Below are positions 29,853-40,436 of a stretch of DNA of 64,000 bases, one piece after another. The translations under genes and the position numbers were made by a program. Within the stretch, counting starts at the first letter, position 1. Every line of letters begins with the position of its first letter. The stretch spans positions 512,001 through 576,000 of the forward strand of contig CAXXTH010000010.1 of NCBI GenBank assembly GCA_963668025.2, read 5' to 3'. The notes below the pieces were generated by a model that was not told the DNA's origin, did not search any database, and saw nothing but the letters and a program-made list of their open reading frames with translations. This DNA comes from Candidatus Hydrogenedentota bacterium. Lineage in GTDB: Bacteria > Hydrogenedentota > Hydrogenedentia > Hydrogenedentales > SLHB01.

Positions 29853-30047
29853 TTCATCGGTTCCGGCGTCATCGAGGCCGGATGCAAACACCTCGTCGGA
29901 AAACGCCTCAAACAATCCGGCATGCAGTGGACCGTCAGGGGAGCCAACAACATCATCGCCCTGCGATGCGCCACTCTCTCCAATCTCTTCAACGAATACT
30001 GGGATAATCGCGCCTCCGCTTGATTCCTACTTTTTGGACGCAGGCCC

Positions 30048-30089
30048 TTTATTTCCACCTTGTTTCCACCTTGTTTCCACCTTGTTTCC
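30048..30089. repeat. 11-bp tandem repeat (ttgtttccacc, about 4 units) between two ISKra4 right ends
   Basis: tttatttccacc ttgtttccacc ttgtttccacc ttgtttcc. Confidence 0.85.
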
Positions 30090-30114
30090 GGGCCTGCGTC
30101 AAAAAAGTGGGTTT

Positions 30115-31460
30115 TCATCCGGTTCTTTGTTCCCAATACTCCTCGAAGCGATTGGATTGAATAAGGCATCGCAACGCCGTAATGGCATTTGCGCCACGGA
30201 CGGTCCATTCCATACCGGAGTGCTTCATACGCTGGCCAACGACCGTCCTGCACGCCGCTTCAATGACTCCCGAGCCAACGAATAGTCCCTTGGCAAAAAA
30301 ATCGTTGTAGCGCATGCGTTCTTTGTTCGTCTCAAAATAGCCGATGGCGGTAACGGCTTCTTTGGCATCCGGCCCATTGTTTGGCAACAGCACGGCGGCT
30401 TCTTCCACGATGGTTTCGATCTTTCCCTCATCCAGATCGTCCCACCATTTGCCCTTGTACAAGGCCAAACGTTTTTCGTCGCGTCCAAACAACAATTTGC
30501 ACAGGTTCCCGAGATGCTCGCGCGCGTGATACAAGTCGACTACGTGGATGGCGGCGTGAAAATGGGTTTGTACGATGTTTCGTATCCATTCGGCCCCATC
30601 GGTGAGGCATACGACGCGTTTGGCCCTGAACAATCCGCGGCGGACGGCCTCGGCGTAGATGCGCCATTGAAACTGTTCGGACGTCTCGATGGCGCCCACG
30701 AAACTGGCGGAGCCCCTATCCCGGATGGGGCGGCCTTTTTCGTTGAAGGCGGTTTGAGAAAAAACGCATCCGATTTTCACCTCGCGGGTTTTGGGCTTGC
30801 CGTTTTGATATTTTCCCTTGCGGCCTTCGAGCGCCTCGGGCACCATGGGAACGCCGCTGCCGTCGAACTCGATGTAAAGGGTCTCGATAGTTTTGGCGGC
30901 ATCGGGAGGCGGCGGTTCCTGGAATCGGATACGGTCCCGTTCTTGCGCGAACCAGTGGGCGGCTTGCTGGCCGGTCTGTTCCGCGATACGCTCACAGTCC
31001 TTGCGGCTGATCACGAGTCCGGCGGCTGCTTTCAGTTGTTGCGACACCCTTTTGAATGGGGCGTCGCTGGCGAAATCCGCCACGAGACGCCGCACGCCCG
31101 GCGAATAGCGCGTGTTGGCGACATCGAGCTCCTCGTCGCCGGGATACCGCCATTTGCCGCACCGGGGGCACCGGTAGGCGGTGCGCGTAAAGCGGATCTT
31201 GCCCAAAAGAGTGACGATGGTTTTTGTCTTCAGGCCACGGCTTTTCATTACCGCCATGCATGAGCAACGCGCTTTTTCCCCGCGCCGGCCCACGCCCACC
31301 TTTCTTAAAAAGGCATCGAGCGCCTTGGCCCCTCCCATGAGGGCCGCGCCGCGCAGGGCTTGTTCCAATGCTTCGAGATCCGTTCCCGCCGCGCGTTTTG
31401 CCGCGTTGAAAATCCGCGTTACTTCGGCGTCTTTTTCGATGGCGGCTTGCGTTTTTTTTT
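30115..31460 (-). CDS. ISKra4-like transposase (C-terminal frame, reached by a probable -1 frameshift)
   Basis: EFDGSG, REVKIG, DGAEWI, DLYHAREH, GSGVIEAAC, RMKHSGMEW. Confidence 0.88.
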
Positions 31461-31799
31461 GAGGGCGTCTTGTTCGGCGCTCTGCATCCGTTCCAGTTCG
31501 CCCAGTTCTTGGGCCACCGACTCGAATTGTCTGCATACATCCCGGAAACGTTTATAGTTTTCCTCATCCTGACGCGCGCGGTTCAATTCTTGCTCGCCGC
31601 AAATGCGTTCGCTCACGGTCTTATTGTTTTTCTTGCTTGTCCATAAGTAATAGGGTCCGCGTAACTCTCGCGTTTTTTTCCCGTCCTTGATAGAGGGAAA
31701 CCATTGTTCATTGAGGGATCCTTTTCTCAAGGTTCGTATTTCGCCCAATTGTTCGAGCAAGTCCAAGCGTTTTTCTTCCAGCGTGCGTTTATTGGCCAT
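31419..31799 (-). CDS. Small IS ORF (DUF6788-like), N-terminal frame
   Basis: LRKGSL...GPYYLWTSKKNNKTVS; A9 run at 31452-31460. Confidence 0.75.
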   Translation of the reverse strand: MANKRTLEEKRLDLLEQLGEIRTLRKGSLNEQWFPSIKDGKKTRELRGPYYLWTSKKNNKTVSERICGEQELNRARQDEENYKRFRDVCRQFESVAQELGELERMQSAEQDALKKKRKPPSKKTPK

Positions 31800-31950
31800 G
31801 ATTGGTTCTCCTCTCTATTTATTGTAGTAATCTTACTACATACATCGGGCCAAAAAAAGGGGGGGGAACGAAAACCCACTTTTTTGACGCAGGCCCCCCA
31901 CAAGGGGCGAAATATGCACACAGCCGCCCTACACGCTATAATGCCTCCCC

Positions 31951-34590
31951 ATGGCGTCCATAAAAAACTGGAAAAAACTGGGGGATCTCGGCTCGAACGA
32001 GATCACGCCCATGTTGCGGCAGTACCTCGAGGCGAAGGCCGAAACGGGGGACTCGCTCCTGTTTTTCCGCATGGGCGATTTCTACGAGATGTTCTTCGAG
32101 GACGCCGTCGAGGCCTCCGAGTTGCTGGGCATCGCCCTCACGTCCCGCGACGCCGTCAACAAGGACGACCGCATCCCGATGGCAGGCGTGCCGGTGCGTG
32201 CCGTCGAGACGTATCTCGCCAAGTGCATCAAGGCCGGGCGCACCGTGGCCATTTGCGAGCAGATGGAAGACCCGAAAGAGGTGAAGGGCATCGTCAAGCG
32301 CGCCATTGTCCGCACCATCACGCCGGGCACGGTCATGGAGCCGAACCTGCTCGAGGAAACGGCGAACAATTACCTAGGGGCGCTCGTGGCGCGCGATGGC
32401 AAGGCGGGCATTGCTCTGGTTGATGTGACGACCGGCGAATTCCTCGCCGCCCAGATAATGTGCGATCTCGGGCGTGTGCTCGTGGATGAACTCACCCGCA
32501 TGGCCCCGGCGGAACTCCTCGTCGCCGAAGGCGGCGAGACCGTGGCGCGGCTCCGGCAGCGGTTCCCGAATATCGCCTTCACGGCGCGGGGCGAACATGA
32601 ATTTGACGAGGACCACGCCCGCGACTTGCTCAAAACGCATTTCGGACTGGCGACGTTGAAAGGCGTAGCTCTCGATGACGCCCCCGAGGCCCTCACGGCG
32701 GCGGGAGCCGTGCTGGCCTACGTGCGAGGCACGCAGCGTGACGCCATGCCCCATCTGCGCCTGCCCCGGCGCTACAGCCCATCCAGCTTTGTGGTGCTCG
32801 ATGGCAACACCCAGCGCAATCTCGAACTGGTCGAGTCATTATTCGACAAATCCAAGCGCGGCACGCTTCTAGGAGTTCTTGACCACACACGCACGAGCAT
32901 GGGCGGGCGCAAGCTGCGCCAGTGGATTCTCCACCCGTTGGTGGAGGTGGACGCCATCCGCGCCCGGCTCGGCGCCGTCGAGGAGCTTCACGACAGCGCC
33001 GAGGCCCGCATGCGGCTCACGGAAATCTTGCGCGGCGTGGCCGACATCGAGCGCCTCATGGGGCGCATCTCCGCCCGCGCGGGCAATGCCCGCGATGTGC
33101 AAGCGCTTGGCCGTTCCCTCGAACGCGCACCGGAGCTTCGCGCCCTGCTGGCGGCATCGAATGCGCCGCTGCTGCGGCAATTGCACGATGGGCTGGACGA
33201 ACTGAAGGACGTGGCGGACTGGATCGCCGGGGCCATCGTGGACGAACCTCCCCTGGCCATCCAGGAGGGCGGCATCATCCGCGACGGCTACGACGCGGAA
33301 CTGGACCGCCTGCGCGATTTGGTGCGCGGCGGCCGCGACTGGATCGCCACGCTTCAGCGCGAGGAAAGCGCCCGCTCGGGCATCCCGAACCTGAAGGTGG
33401 GCTACAACAAGGTCTTCGGCTATTTCATCGAGGTGTCCAGGTCCTACATCGGGCAAGTCCCGGCGGATTACGAGCGTAAACAGACTCTTGTCAACGCCGA
33501 GCGCTATATCACCCCGACGCTCAAATCCCGCGAAGAGGAGATTGTCACCGCCCAGGAGCGCATGCAGAAGCTCGAGTACGAGCTGTTCACCGCACTGCGT
33601 GACCGCATCGCCGCCGAGGCCCGGCGCATCCAGGAAACGGCGGACGCCATCGCCACGGCGGACGCGCTGTTGTCGCTGGCGGAAACCGCCTCGGCCAAGA
33701 ATTACAGCAAGCCAGACATCAGCGCCTCGGGCGCGTTATTCATCCGCGAGGGGCGGCATCCGGTCGTCGAGGATTTGATGTCGCGGAACGATTTCGTGCC
33801 GAACGACACCCTCCTCGACCCGGACAAGGCGGGCCTGCTCATCGTCACGGGCCCCAACATGGCCGGTAAATCGACGTATCTGCGCCAAGTGGCCCTCATC
33901 ACGCTCATGGCGCAGATCGGCTCCTTCGTGCCCGCCGCCGAGGCCCGCGTGGGCGTCGTCGACCGCATCTTCACGCGCGTCGGCGCTTCCGACAACCTCG
34001 TGCGGGGCGAGAGCACGTTCATGGTCGAGATGATCGAGGCGGCAAACATCCTCAACACCGCTACGGACCGCAGCCTCATCGTCCTCGACGAGATCGGGCG
34101 CGGCACGAGCACCTTCGACGGCATCAGCATCGCCTGGTCCGTGGCCGAACATATCCACGATCACGTACACGCCAAGACGCTCTTCGCCACGCACTACCAC
34201 GAGTTGACGGAATTGGGCAACAAGCTCGAACACGCGAAGAACGTGAATGTGGCCGTGCGGGAATGGGGCGGCAAGGTCGTGTTCCTCTATCGCATCGTGG
34301 ACGGCGGCGCGGACCACAGCTACGGCATCCAAGTGGCGAAACTGGCGGGCCTACCGCCGAAGGTCATCACGCGCGCCCGGGAGATCCTGGAATCGCTGGA
34401 ATCCGGCACCCCAGCCGTCTCGGGCCTGCCCGAGCAACTCTACCTATTCGGCCCCTCGTCGCCGCCCCAGCCCAGCCGCGTCGAGCAAGAATTGGAGAGC
34501 GTCGACGTGGACGCCCTAAGCCCCCGCGACGCCCAGGATTTTCTGTACCACCTCAAGCACTTGCTCAACAAACCCCGCCACGAAAAGTAG
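31951..34590 (+). CDS. mutS: DNA mismatch repair protein MutS
   Basis: TPMLRQY, FFRMGDFYE, TGPNMAGKSTY, STFMVEM, LDEIGRGTST, FATHYHEL, SYGIQVA. Confidence 0.99.
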   Translation: MASIKNWKKLGDLGSNEITPMLRQYLEAKAETGDSLLFFRMGDFYEMFFEDAVEASELLGIALTSRDAVNKDDRIPMAGVPVRAVETYLAKCIKAGRTVAICEQMEDPKEVKGIVKRAIVRTITPGTVMEPNLLEETANNYLGALVARDGKAGIALVDVTTGEFLAAQIMCDLGRVLVDELTRMAPAELLVAEGGETVARLRQRFPNIAFTARGEHEFDEDHARDLLKTHFGLATLKGVALDDAPEALTAAGAVLAYVRGTQRDAMPHLRLPRRYSPSSFVVLDGNTQRNLELVESLFDKSKRGTLLGVLDHTRTSMGGRKLRQWILHPLVEVDAIRARLGAVEELHDSAEARMRLTEILRGVADIERLMGRISARAGNARDVQALGRSLERAPELRALLAASNAPLLRQLHDGLDELKDVADWIAGAIVDEPPLAIQEGGIIRDGYDAELDRLRDLVRGGRDWIATLQREESARSGIPNLKVGYNKVFGYFIEVSRSYIGQVPADYERKQTLVNAERYITPTLKSREEEIVTAQERMQKLEYELFTALRDRIAAEARRIQETADAIATADALLSLAETASAKNYSKPDISASGALFIREGRHPVVEDLMSRNDFVPNDTLLDPDKAGLLIVTGPNMAGKSTYLRQVALITLMAQIGSFVPAAEARVGVVDRIFTRVGASDNLVRGESTFMVEMIEAANILNTATDRSLIVLDEIGRGTSTFDGISIAWSVAEHIHDHVHAKTLFATHYHELTELGNKLEHAKNVNVAVREWGGKVVFLYRIVDGGADHSYGIQVAKLAGLPPKVITRAREILESLESGTPAVSGLPEQLYLFGPSSPPQPSRVEQELESVDVDALSPRDAQDFLYHLKHLLNKPRHEK

Positions 34591-35004
34591 GGTGGGACAT
34601 GGCCCAACCGGTAGCGCCGGAAGCCCTACACAGTGAGATTGGAAAATCATTTTCATCTGGGTTGTGGGCATGTGCAGAAACGTAGTAGAACTGCCCACAT
34701 AATGTGCAAGAGACACAGAAAAAATTATTTCTGCGTTTCTTGCGCTTTTTGTGGCGTAAATATTGTTTCTTTTCTTGTTTTATCCGCAATTGACCTGGCC
34801 CCATCTTGCGTTGTCTAGGATTTTCGGATATTTTCAGTACACGGCCATTCACCGCATGTTTGGAATGACTGGTGATGTGGCGGCTTTGTTTCGGTAGTAG
34901 GATTTTCTTCCATTCCTTGTTGCGTCTCGATGCATTGGCGCATAGAATCCTTCCTTCGTATAGTTTTAAGTGGAAAGTGTCGTTGTTTAAAAAACGAGGT
35001 ATAA

Positions 35005-37251
35005 ATGAACACAGTACATCTATCTAGAATTGCTGGTGAGATGAGCTTGGCGGCGCGGCAAATCGAGGCGGTAGCGGAGCTTTTTGCAGGCGGGGCGACG
35101 ATACCCTTTATTGCACGATATCGGAAGGAAGCGACGGGCACGCTGGATGAGGTGGTGCTGGCGAAAATTCGTGACCGGATGGACCAACTCGAGGAACTAG
35201 ATAAACGGCGCGAAAACATTCTGAAATCGTTGGAAGAGCGCAATTTACTCTCGGATGACCTTAAAGCCCAGGTGATGGGCGCGGAGACGCTGGCGGCGCT
35301 GGAGGATATTTACCTGCCCTTCCGGCCGAAGCGGCGGACGCGCGCCACGGTGGCCCGGGAAAAAGGATTGGAGCCGCTGGCGCTGGTGTTGCTGGCTCAG
35401 GAAATCACGGATGTGCTGTCTGAGGCAGGGCAGTTCGTGGATGCGGAAAAAGGTGTGGCGGATGTGGAAGAAGCCCTGGAGGGCGCACGGGATATCATCG
35501 CTGAGATCGTCAGCCAGGATGCCCATTTGCGCGCCCAGATGCGAGCGATGTTCTTGGAGCAGGGTGTGATTGAGTCGAAGGTGGTCAAAGATAAAGAGGA
35601 AGAGGGGTCGAAATTCAAAGATTATTTCGACTGGCGTGAACCAGCCGCCAAGATCCCTTCCCATCGCCTGTTAGCCATGTTTCGCGGCGAAAACGAGGGA
35701 TTCCTTTCGCTTCAGGCTGCTCCGCCGGAAGAGGAGGCCATGGCGCTGGCGCACACCTCATTCGTGAAGAGCAAAGGTGCGGCGGCGGACCAGGTCTCTC
35801 TTGCCGTGGAAGATAGTTATAAACGGCTCTTGCGCCCTTCCATGGAGACGGAGCTTCGGGCTGAATTGAAGCAGCGTGCGGACGTGGAGGCGCTGCGTGT
35901 GTTTACCGAGAATCTTCGGGAATTGCTGCTGTCCCCGCCGCTCGGCCATAAAAACGTATTGGCCCTTGACCCAGGCTTCCGCACGGGGTGCAAGCTGGTA
36001 TGCCTTGACCGGCAGGGCAAGCTGCTGCACGATAGCGTGATCTACCCCCATACCGGTGAACGCGCGGCCCAGGATGCGGGCGCAAAAATGCGCGATTTAT
36101 GCGCCCGTTTTGATATTGAAGCCGTGTCGATAGGAAATGGAACTGCCAGCCGTGAAACAGAGGCCTTTGTGCGCGCATTGGACTTAGGCCCGTCCATTCC
36201 GATTGTGATTGTGAATGAATCCGGCGCTTCCATTTATTCCGCTTCGGATGTGGCCCGCGAGGAGTTTCCAAACCATGATCTCACCGTGCGCGGAGCCGTC
36301 AGCATCGGGCGGCGCTTAATGGATCCGCTGGCGGAACTGGTCAAAATCGATCCCAAGTCCATTGGAGTCGGCCAGTATCAGCATGATGTGGATCAGACGG
36401 CGCTGAAACGCAGCCTGGATGATGTCGTGATGAGCTGCGTGAATGGTGTCGGCGTCGACGTGAACACGGCCAGCAAACAATTGCTCATGTACGTATCCGG
36501 CTTAGGGCCGCAATTGGCGTCGAATATCGTGTCGGTTCGCGATGAGAATGGCCCATTCGAGACGCGCGCCCAACTCAAAAAAGTCCCCCGGCTTGGGCCG
36601 AAAGCGTTTGAACAAGCCGCCGGCTTTCTGCGGATTCCCTCGGGCAAAAATCCGCTCGACGCCAGCGCCGTCCACCCGGAGAGTTACAGTATTGTCGATG
36701 CGATGGCAAAAGACCTCGGATGCTCCATCACGGATCTGATGCGCGACGAATCCTTGCGCAAACAAATCCAACTCGAACGGTATGTGACTGACACCATCGG
36801 CTTGCCCACGCTGCGCGATATCCTGGCGGAGCTGGCCAAACCGGGACGGGATCCCCGGGAGCAATTCGAGCCGTTCAGCTTTGTCGAGGGCGTCAAGACG
36901 CTGGAAGACCTGCACGCAGGCATGAAACTGCCCGGCATTGTTACAAATGTTACCGCGTTCGGGGCCTTTGTCGATATCGGCGTCCACCAAGACGGACTTG
37001 TTCATATCAGCCAGCTTGCGGACCGTTTCATCAAGGAGCCCAGTGAAGCCGTTAAGGTCCACCAGAAGGTGATGGTGACCGTCTTGGAGGTGGATCTTCC
37101 TCGCAAACGGATCTCCCTTTCCATGCGTTCTGAACCCGAGCAGCAAGCGCCCTCCGCGCCAAAACCAAAAACGACTCCTCCGGAGAAGAAAAAGGCGGGC
37201 GAACTGGAAGACTTCAAAAAAGCCTTGGCGAGCCGTTTTGGCCGCAAGTAG
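35005..37251 (+). CDS. tex: Tex (YhgF) RNA-binding transcriptional accessory protein
   Basis: GATIPFIARYRKE, DPGFRTGCK, GNGTASRET, IGVGQYQHD, C-terminal S1 domain. Confidence 0.96.
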   Translation: MNTVHLSRIAGEMSLAARQIEAVAELFAGGATIPFIARYRKEATGTLDEVVLAKIRDRMDQLEELDKRRENILKSLEERNLLSDDLKAQVMGAETLAALEDIYLPFRPKRRTRATVAREKGLEPLALVLLAQEITDVLSEAGQFVDAEKGVADVEEALEGARDIIAEIVSQDAHLRAQMRAMFLEQGVIESKVVKDKEEEGSKFKDYFDWREPAAKIPSHRLLAMFRGENEGFLSLQAAPPEEEAMALAHTSFVKSKGAAADQVSLAVEDSYKRLLRPSMETELRAELKQRADVEALRVFTENLRELLLSPPLGHKNVLALDPGFRTGCKLVCLDRQGKLLHDSVIYPHTGERAAQDAGAKMRDLCARFDIEAVSIGNGTASRETEAFVRALDLGPSIPIVIVNESGASIYSASDVAREEFPNHDLTVRGAVSIGRRLMDPLAELVKIDPKSIGVGQYQHDVDQTALKRSLDDVVMSCVNGVGVDVNTASKQLLMYVSGLGPQLASNIVSVRDENGPFETRAQLKKVPRLGPKAFEQAAGFLRIPSGKNPLDASAVHPESYSIVDAMAKDLGCSITDLMRDESLRKQIQLERYVTDTIGLPTLRDILAELAKPGRDPREQFEPFSFVEGVKTLEDLHAGMKLPGIVTNVTAFGAFVDIGVHQDGLVHISQLADRFIKEPSEAVKVHQKVMVTVLEVDLPRKRISLSMRSEPEQQAPSAPKPKTTPPEKKKAGELEDFKKALASRFGRK

Positions 37252-37340
37252 ATGGCTCCCGTCCACAACATAGAGCTGGATAGGGGAAGAGCGGTTCAAG
37301 ATCATTTAGAGCGGTTTGAAAAATTGTGTGGCCGATTTCC

Positions 37341-37373
37341 GGGGAACCCTTTCTTTCGCAGAAAAGGTTCCCC
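37341..37373. terminator. Hairpin between convergent genes
   Basis: ggggaacc-c-tttct ... agaaa-a-ggttcccc. Confidence 0.45.
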
Positions 37374-37431
37374 ATACCCCTCCTAAAGAGCTTCCATTCG
37401 CTTCGCACCTACAGCAAAATAAGGAAACGCT

Positions 37432-38106
37432 CTAACGCAACGTGACGTTTGCGTCGGTCGTACCGATACCGATATCTTTGAGTTCCCCCTTCCCAGCGCC
37501 TTTGAACCAGATCGTTTCCGCCACGTCCCCCGCGATGCCCTTTATCGTGTAGTGGCCCTTACTGTCGGTGGTGGTGGAAGATCGAGAGTAGTCCGTGCGG
37601 CCCATGGCGTCCACCGCCACGTCGGCGGCAGGATTGCCTTGTGCGTCACGTACGTAGCCGCCCACAGAGTGGAACTCGAGCGATGGCGCGACAATGGCCA
37701 GTTCAGAGACGGTGGCCCCCGGCGAAACGTCGAGCCAGAATTTCTGGGCGTCGAGGTAGAGGTTTCCCGTGTCCGCTCCTTCCTTCCAATAGAACTGCAC
37801 CGTGTAGGTGCCCGGATTGACATTGCTGAAGGAGAACTTGCCCTCTGCATCGGTCTCCGTATTCCGCATGGGCATGCTCGCGCGGTCCTGTCCCTGCTTG
37901 TCAGGATGGCCAATGGCTGGATGGAGATAGACGACCGCGTCGGAAAAAGGTTTTCCATTCGTATCCACCAACCGCGCGGAGAACGACGACGCGACCACTG
38001 TGTCCCCGACGCTCGGCTTCTGCTCGCCCGACGCCACGTGTGCAATCACTGGTAGCAACAAAAGAGCCACAAACAGCACAACCACGACGATCAGCACATG
38101 CTTCAT
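37432..38106 (-). CDS. Exported protein with two carboxypeptidase-regulatory-like (prealbumin-fold) domains
   Basis: TDAEGKFSF.NV.PG.Y and TTDSKGHYTI repeats; signal/TM N-terminus; AAGGAG RBS. Confidence 0.75.
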   Translation of the reverse strand: MKHVLIVVVVLFVALLLLPVIAHVASGEQKPSVGDTVVASSFSARLVDTNGKPFSDAVVYLHPAIGHPDKQGQDRASMPMRNTETDAEGKFSFSNVNPGTYTVQFYWKEGADTGNLYLDAQKFWLDVSPGATVSELAIVAPSLEFHSVGGYVRDAQGNPAADVAVDAMGRTDYSRSSTTTDSKGHYTIKGIAGDVAETIWFKGAGKGELKDIGIGTTDANVTLR

Positions 38107-38496
38107 ATTTGGTCTCCTTCCAGATGGTTCTATTGCCTCTCCGTGATACGGCATCGCCTTCCGCACCGCTTGGCCAATGCTCTCGCCTCGATGTTTCGTT
38201 CTTGACCTATCACATACATTGCTTTCCATGCGCGAGAACGCCGACCCCAGCATCAAATATATACGAGCGCCTATTTGGTGTCAAGAAAATATACGGGTGT
38301 CTATTTATCCAAGTTTCCCTTGAAACTGAATGATTCGGCTGGGCAGGGCTTAGAGCGGTTCCAGATAGGATGCAATACGTCGGATGGTTTGGTGCTGCGG
38401 GAGAACCCATTTATACCAAGTTGAGATCGAAAAGTTGCTAAAGCTTTATAACCCAGATGCAGAAGCTTTATCTATTGCATTATCCGGGATAAATAC

Positions 38497-38524
38497 GAAG
38501 GGCGCACCCGAAAGTGCGCCCTTC
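38497..38524 (-). terminator. groEL terminator
   Basis: 11-bp stem gaagggcgcac / gtgcgcccttc just past the groEL stop. Confidence 0.75.
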
Positions 38525-38565
38525 TTTATAGCAACGCGCGCGCATGGCGCGCGGACTGGACTGGC

Positions 38566-40230
38566 TTACATCATGCCGCCCATTCCACCCATTCCGCCCA
38601 TGCCTCCCATTCCACCCATGCCGCCATGGCCGCCACCCGCAGGGGCTGGCTTTTCCTTTTCAGGAATATCGCTGATCATGCACTCAGTGGTGATGAACAT
38701 GCCTGCGACGCTTACGGCGTTCTGGATGGCGGTGCGCAGCACCTTGGCGGGATCGATAATGCCCGCTTTCACGAGGTCTTCATATTCGCCCGTAGCGGCG
38801 TTATAGCCTATGCCAGCCTTGTGGGTCTGTACATGCTGCACGACCACATTGCCTTCCGCGCCCGCGTTTTCCGCGATATTGCGCAGCGGCGACGCCAAAG
38901 CGTCCGCCACGATTTTCGCGCCGATGGCCATGTCGCCATCAAGGCTGAGCGCCTCGATCTTCTTAATAGCAGACAAGAACGCAATGCCGCCGCCAGGCAC
39001 AAAACCCTCTTCGATGGCCGCACGAGTCGAGTTCAGCGCGTCATCGGTGCGAGATTTCTTTTCTTTCAATTCGATTTCCGTAGCCGCGCCGACTTTGATA
39101 ACCGCAACGCCGCCCGCGAGCTTCGCCAAACGTTCTTGAAGCTTCTCGCGGTCGTAATCCGACGTGGTAGTCTCGATGGCCCGGCGGATGGTTTCGCAAC
39201 GGGCCAAAATCTCTTTCTTCGCGCCCGCGCCCTCAATGATGGTCGTATTGTCTTTTGTGATCTCGATGCGCTTGGCGCGGCCTAGGGAATCCAGCTTCAC
39301 ATTCTCGAGCTTCGTGCCCAAGTCTTCCGAGATGAATGTCGCGCCAGTAAGCGCGCAAATGTCGCGCATAATCTCTTTGCGGCGGTCGCCGAAGGCCGGG
39401 GCCTTCACGGCGGCGACATTGAGGATGCCGCGCAGACGGTTCACCACCAAAGTGGCCAGCGCTTCACCCTCGATATCTTCGGCAATGATCACCAGCGGCT
39501 TGCCGCATTGGGCGATGGCTTGCAAGATCGGGAGCATTTCCTGTACGGATGAGATCTTTTTCTCACAGCATAAAATATAACAGTCCTCAAGAAGAGCCGT
39601 CATGGTCTCGGCGCTAGTCACGAAATAGGGCGACATATAGCCGCGGTCGAACTGCATGCCTTGCACGACTTCCAGTTCGTTCGCCAGGCCTTTGCCTTCT
39701 TCGATGGTGACGACGCCGTCTTCACCCACCTTATCGATGGCGTCAGCGATCATTTTACCGATCTCGAGGTCGCCGTTGGCCGAAATCGCACCCACATGCG
39801 CGATGTCGTCTGAATTGCGCACCTTCTTGCTGGCGGCTTTCACCTCCTCCAACACCACGGCCAAAGCTTTCTCCATGCCCCGCTTCAGGTGCATGGGATT
39901 CGCCCCCGCGATGACTTGGCGCATGCCGCTGTGAATCATGTCTTGCGCCAGCACTGTCGCCGTCGTCGTGCCATCGCCCGCGATGTCTTGGGTCTTGCTT
40001 GCCGCCTCACGCAGCATACGCGCTCCCATATTTTCGAAGGCATTAGGCAGCTCGATCTCTTTCGCGACGGTAACGCCATCCTTCGTGATCTTCGGGGCGC
40101 CATAGGACTTCTCAATCACCACATTGCGGCCCTTGGGGCCGAGAGTAGCCTTAACCGCATTCGCAAGCGCATCCGCGCCGCGCAGCATCGCTGTACGTGC
40201 TTCTTGGTCGAAAGCCAACTGTTTGGCCAT
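38566..40230 (-). CDS. groEL: Chaperonin GroEL
   Basis: [38 protein letters not shown] tail. Confidence 0.99.
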   Translation of the reverse strand: MAKQLAFDQEARTAMLRGADALANAVKATLGPKGRNVVIEKSYGAPKITKDGVTVAKEIELPNAFENMGARMLREAASKTQDIAGDGTTTATVLAQDMIHSGMRQVIAGANPMHLKRGMEKALAVVLEEVKAASKKVRNSDDIAHVGAISANGDLEIGKMIADAIDKVGEDGVVTIEEGKGLANELEVVQGMQFDRGYMSPYFVTSAETMTALLEDCYILCCEKKISSVQEMLPILQAIAQCGKPLVIIAEDIEGEALATLVVNRLRGILNVAAVKAPAFGDRRKEIMRDICALTGATFISEDLGTKLENVKLDSLGRAKRIEITKDNTTIIEGAGAKKEILARCETIRRAIETTTSDYDREKLQERLAKLAGGVAVIKVGAATEIELKEKKSRTDDALNSTRAAIEEGFVPGGGIAFLSAIKKIEALSLDGDMAIGAKIVADALASPLRNIAENAGAEGNVVVQHVQTHKAGIGYNAATGEYEDLVKAGIIDPAKVLRTAIQNAVSVAGMFITTECMISDIPEKEKPAPAGGGHGGMGGMGGMGGMGGMGGMM

Positions 40231-40290
40231 GGTAATATCTCCTTTGCGACAAAGTGTTTATCCGCTTAATACCGGCCGGGCCGGATACTA

Positions 40291-40317
40291 GTAGCACTCT
40301 GCTTGATTGAGTGCTAA
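40291..40317 (-). promoter_or_regulatory. CIRCE element (HrcA operator)
   Basis: TTAGCACTC-N9-GAGTGCTAC upstream of groEL. Confidence 0.93.
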
Positions 40318-40326
40318 CAAGCGCGA

Positions 40327-40355
40327 ATGTTACCACACTCTGTATTCCCTGTCAA
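40327..40355 (-). promoter_or_regulatory. sigma70 promoter of groEL
   Basis: TTGACA (40350-40355), 17 bp, TGgTAACAT (-10 at 40327-40332). Confidence 0.75.
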
Positions 40356-40436
40356 GACCTCCTACACCAGGATCAGGGCTTACGCATCTAATAGTGCTCA
40401 AGAGTCGATTTATCCTGTTGTGCATGATTTTTTCTG

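Larger units (their letters stand above)
27026..30023 (+). pseudogene. ISKra4-like transposase split by an IS1380-like insertion
   Basis: CxxC pairs, EMDGTG, REVKLG, DGAEWI, DFYHA; GLFI|GSGVIEA reads through once 28162-29852 and one TSD are removed. Confidence 0.88.
26549..30047 (+). mobile_element. ISKra4-like element interrupted by an IS1380-like element
   Basis: Imperfect TIRs gggcatgcgtcagaaaaag / ctactttttggacgcaggccc; small ORF plus UPF0236-type transposase. Confidence 0.88.
30090..31896 (-). mobile_element. ISKra4-like element, apparently intact
   Basis: Perfect 27-bp TIR gggcctgcgtcaaaaaagtgggttttc; small ORF plus transposase. Confidence 0.92.

Noticed and set aside
30048-30089. CRISPR array
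   Set aside because: Contiguous 11-bp units with no spacers and no cas genes.
38566-38635. 9-bp tandem repeat
   Set aside because: It encodes the normal GGM tail of GroEL.
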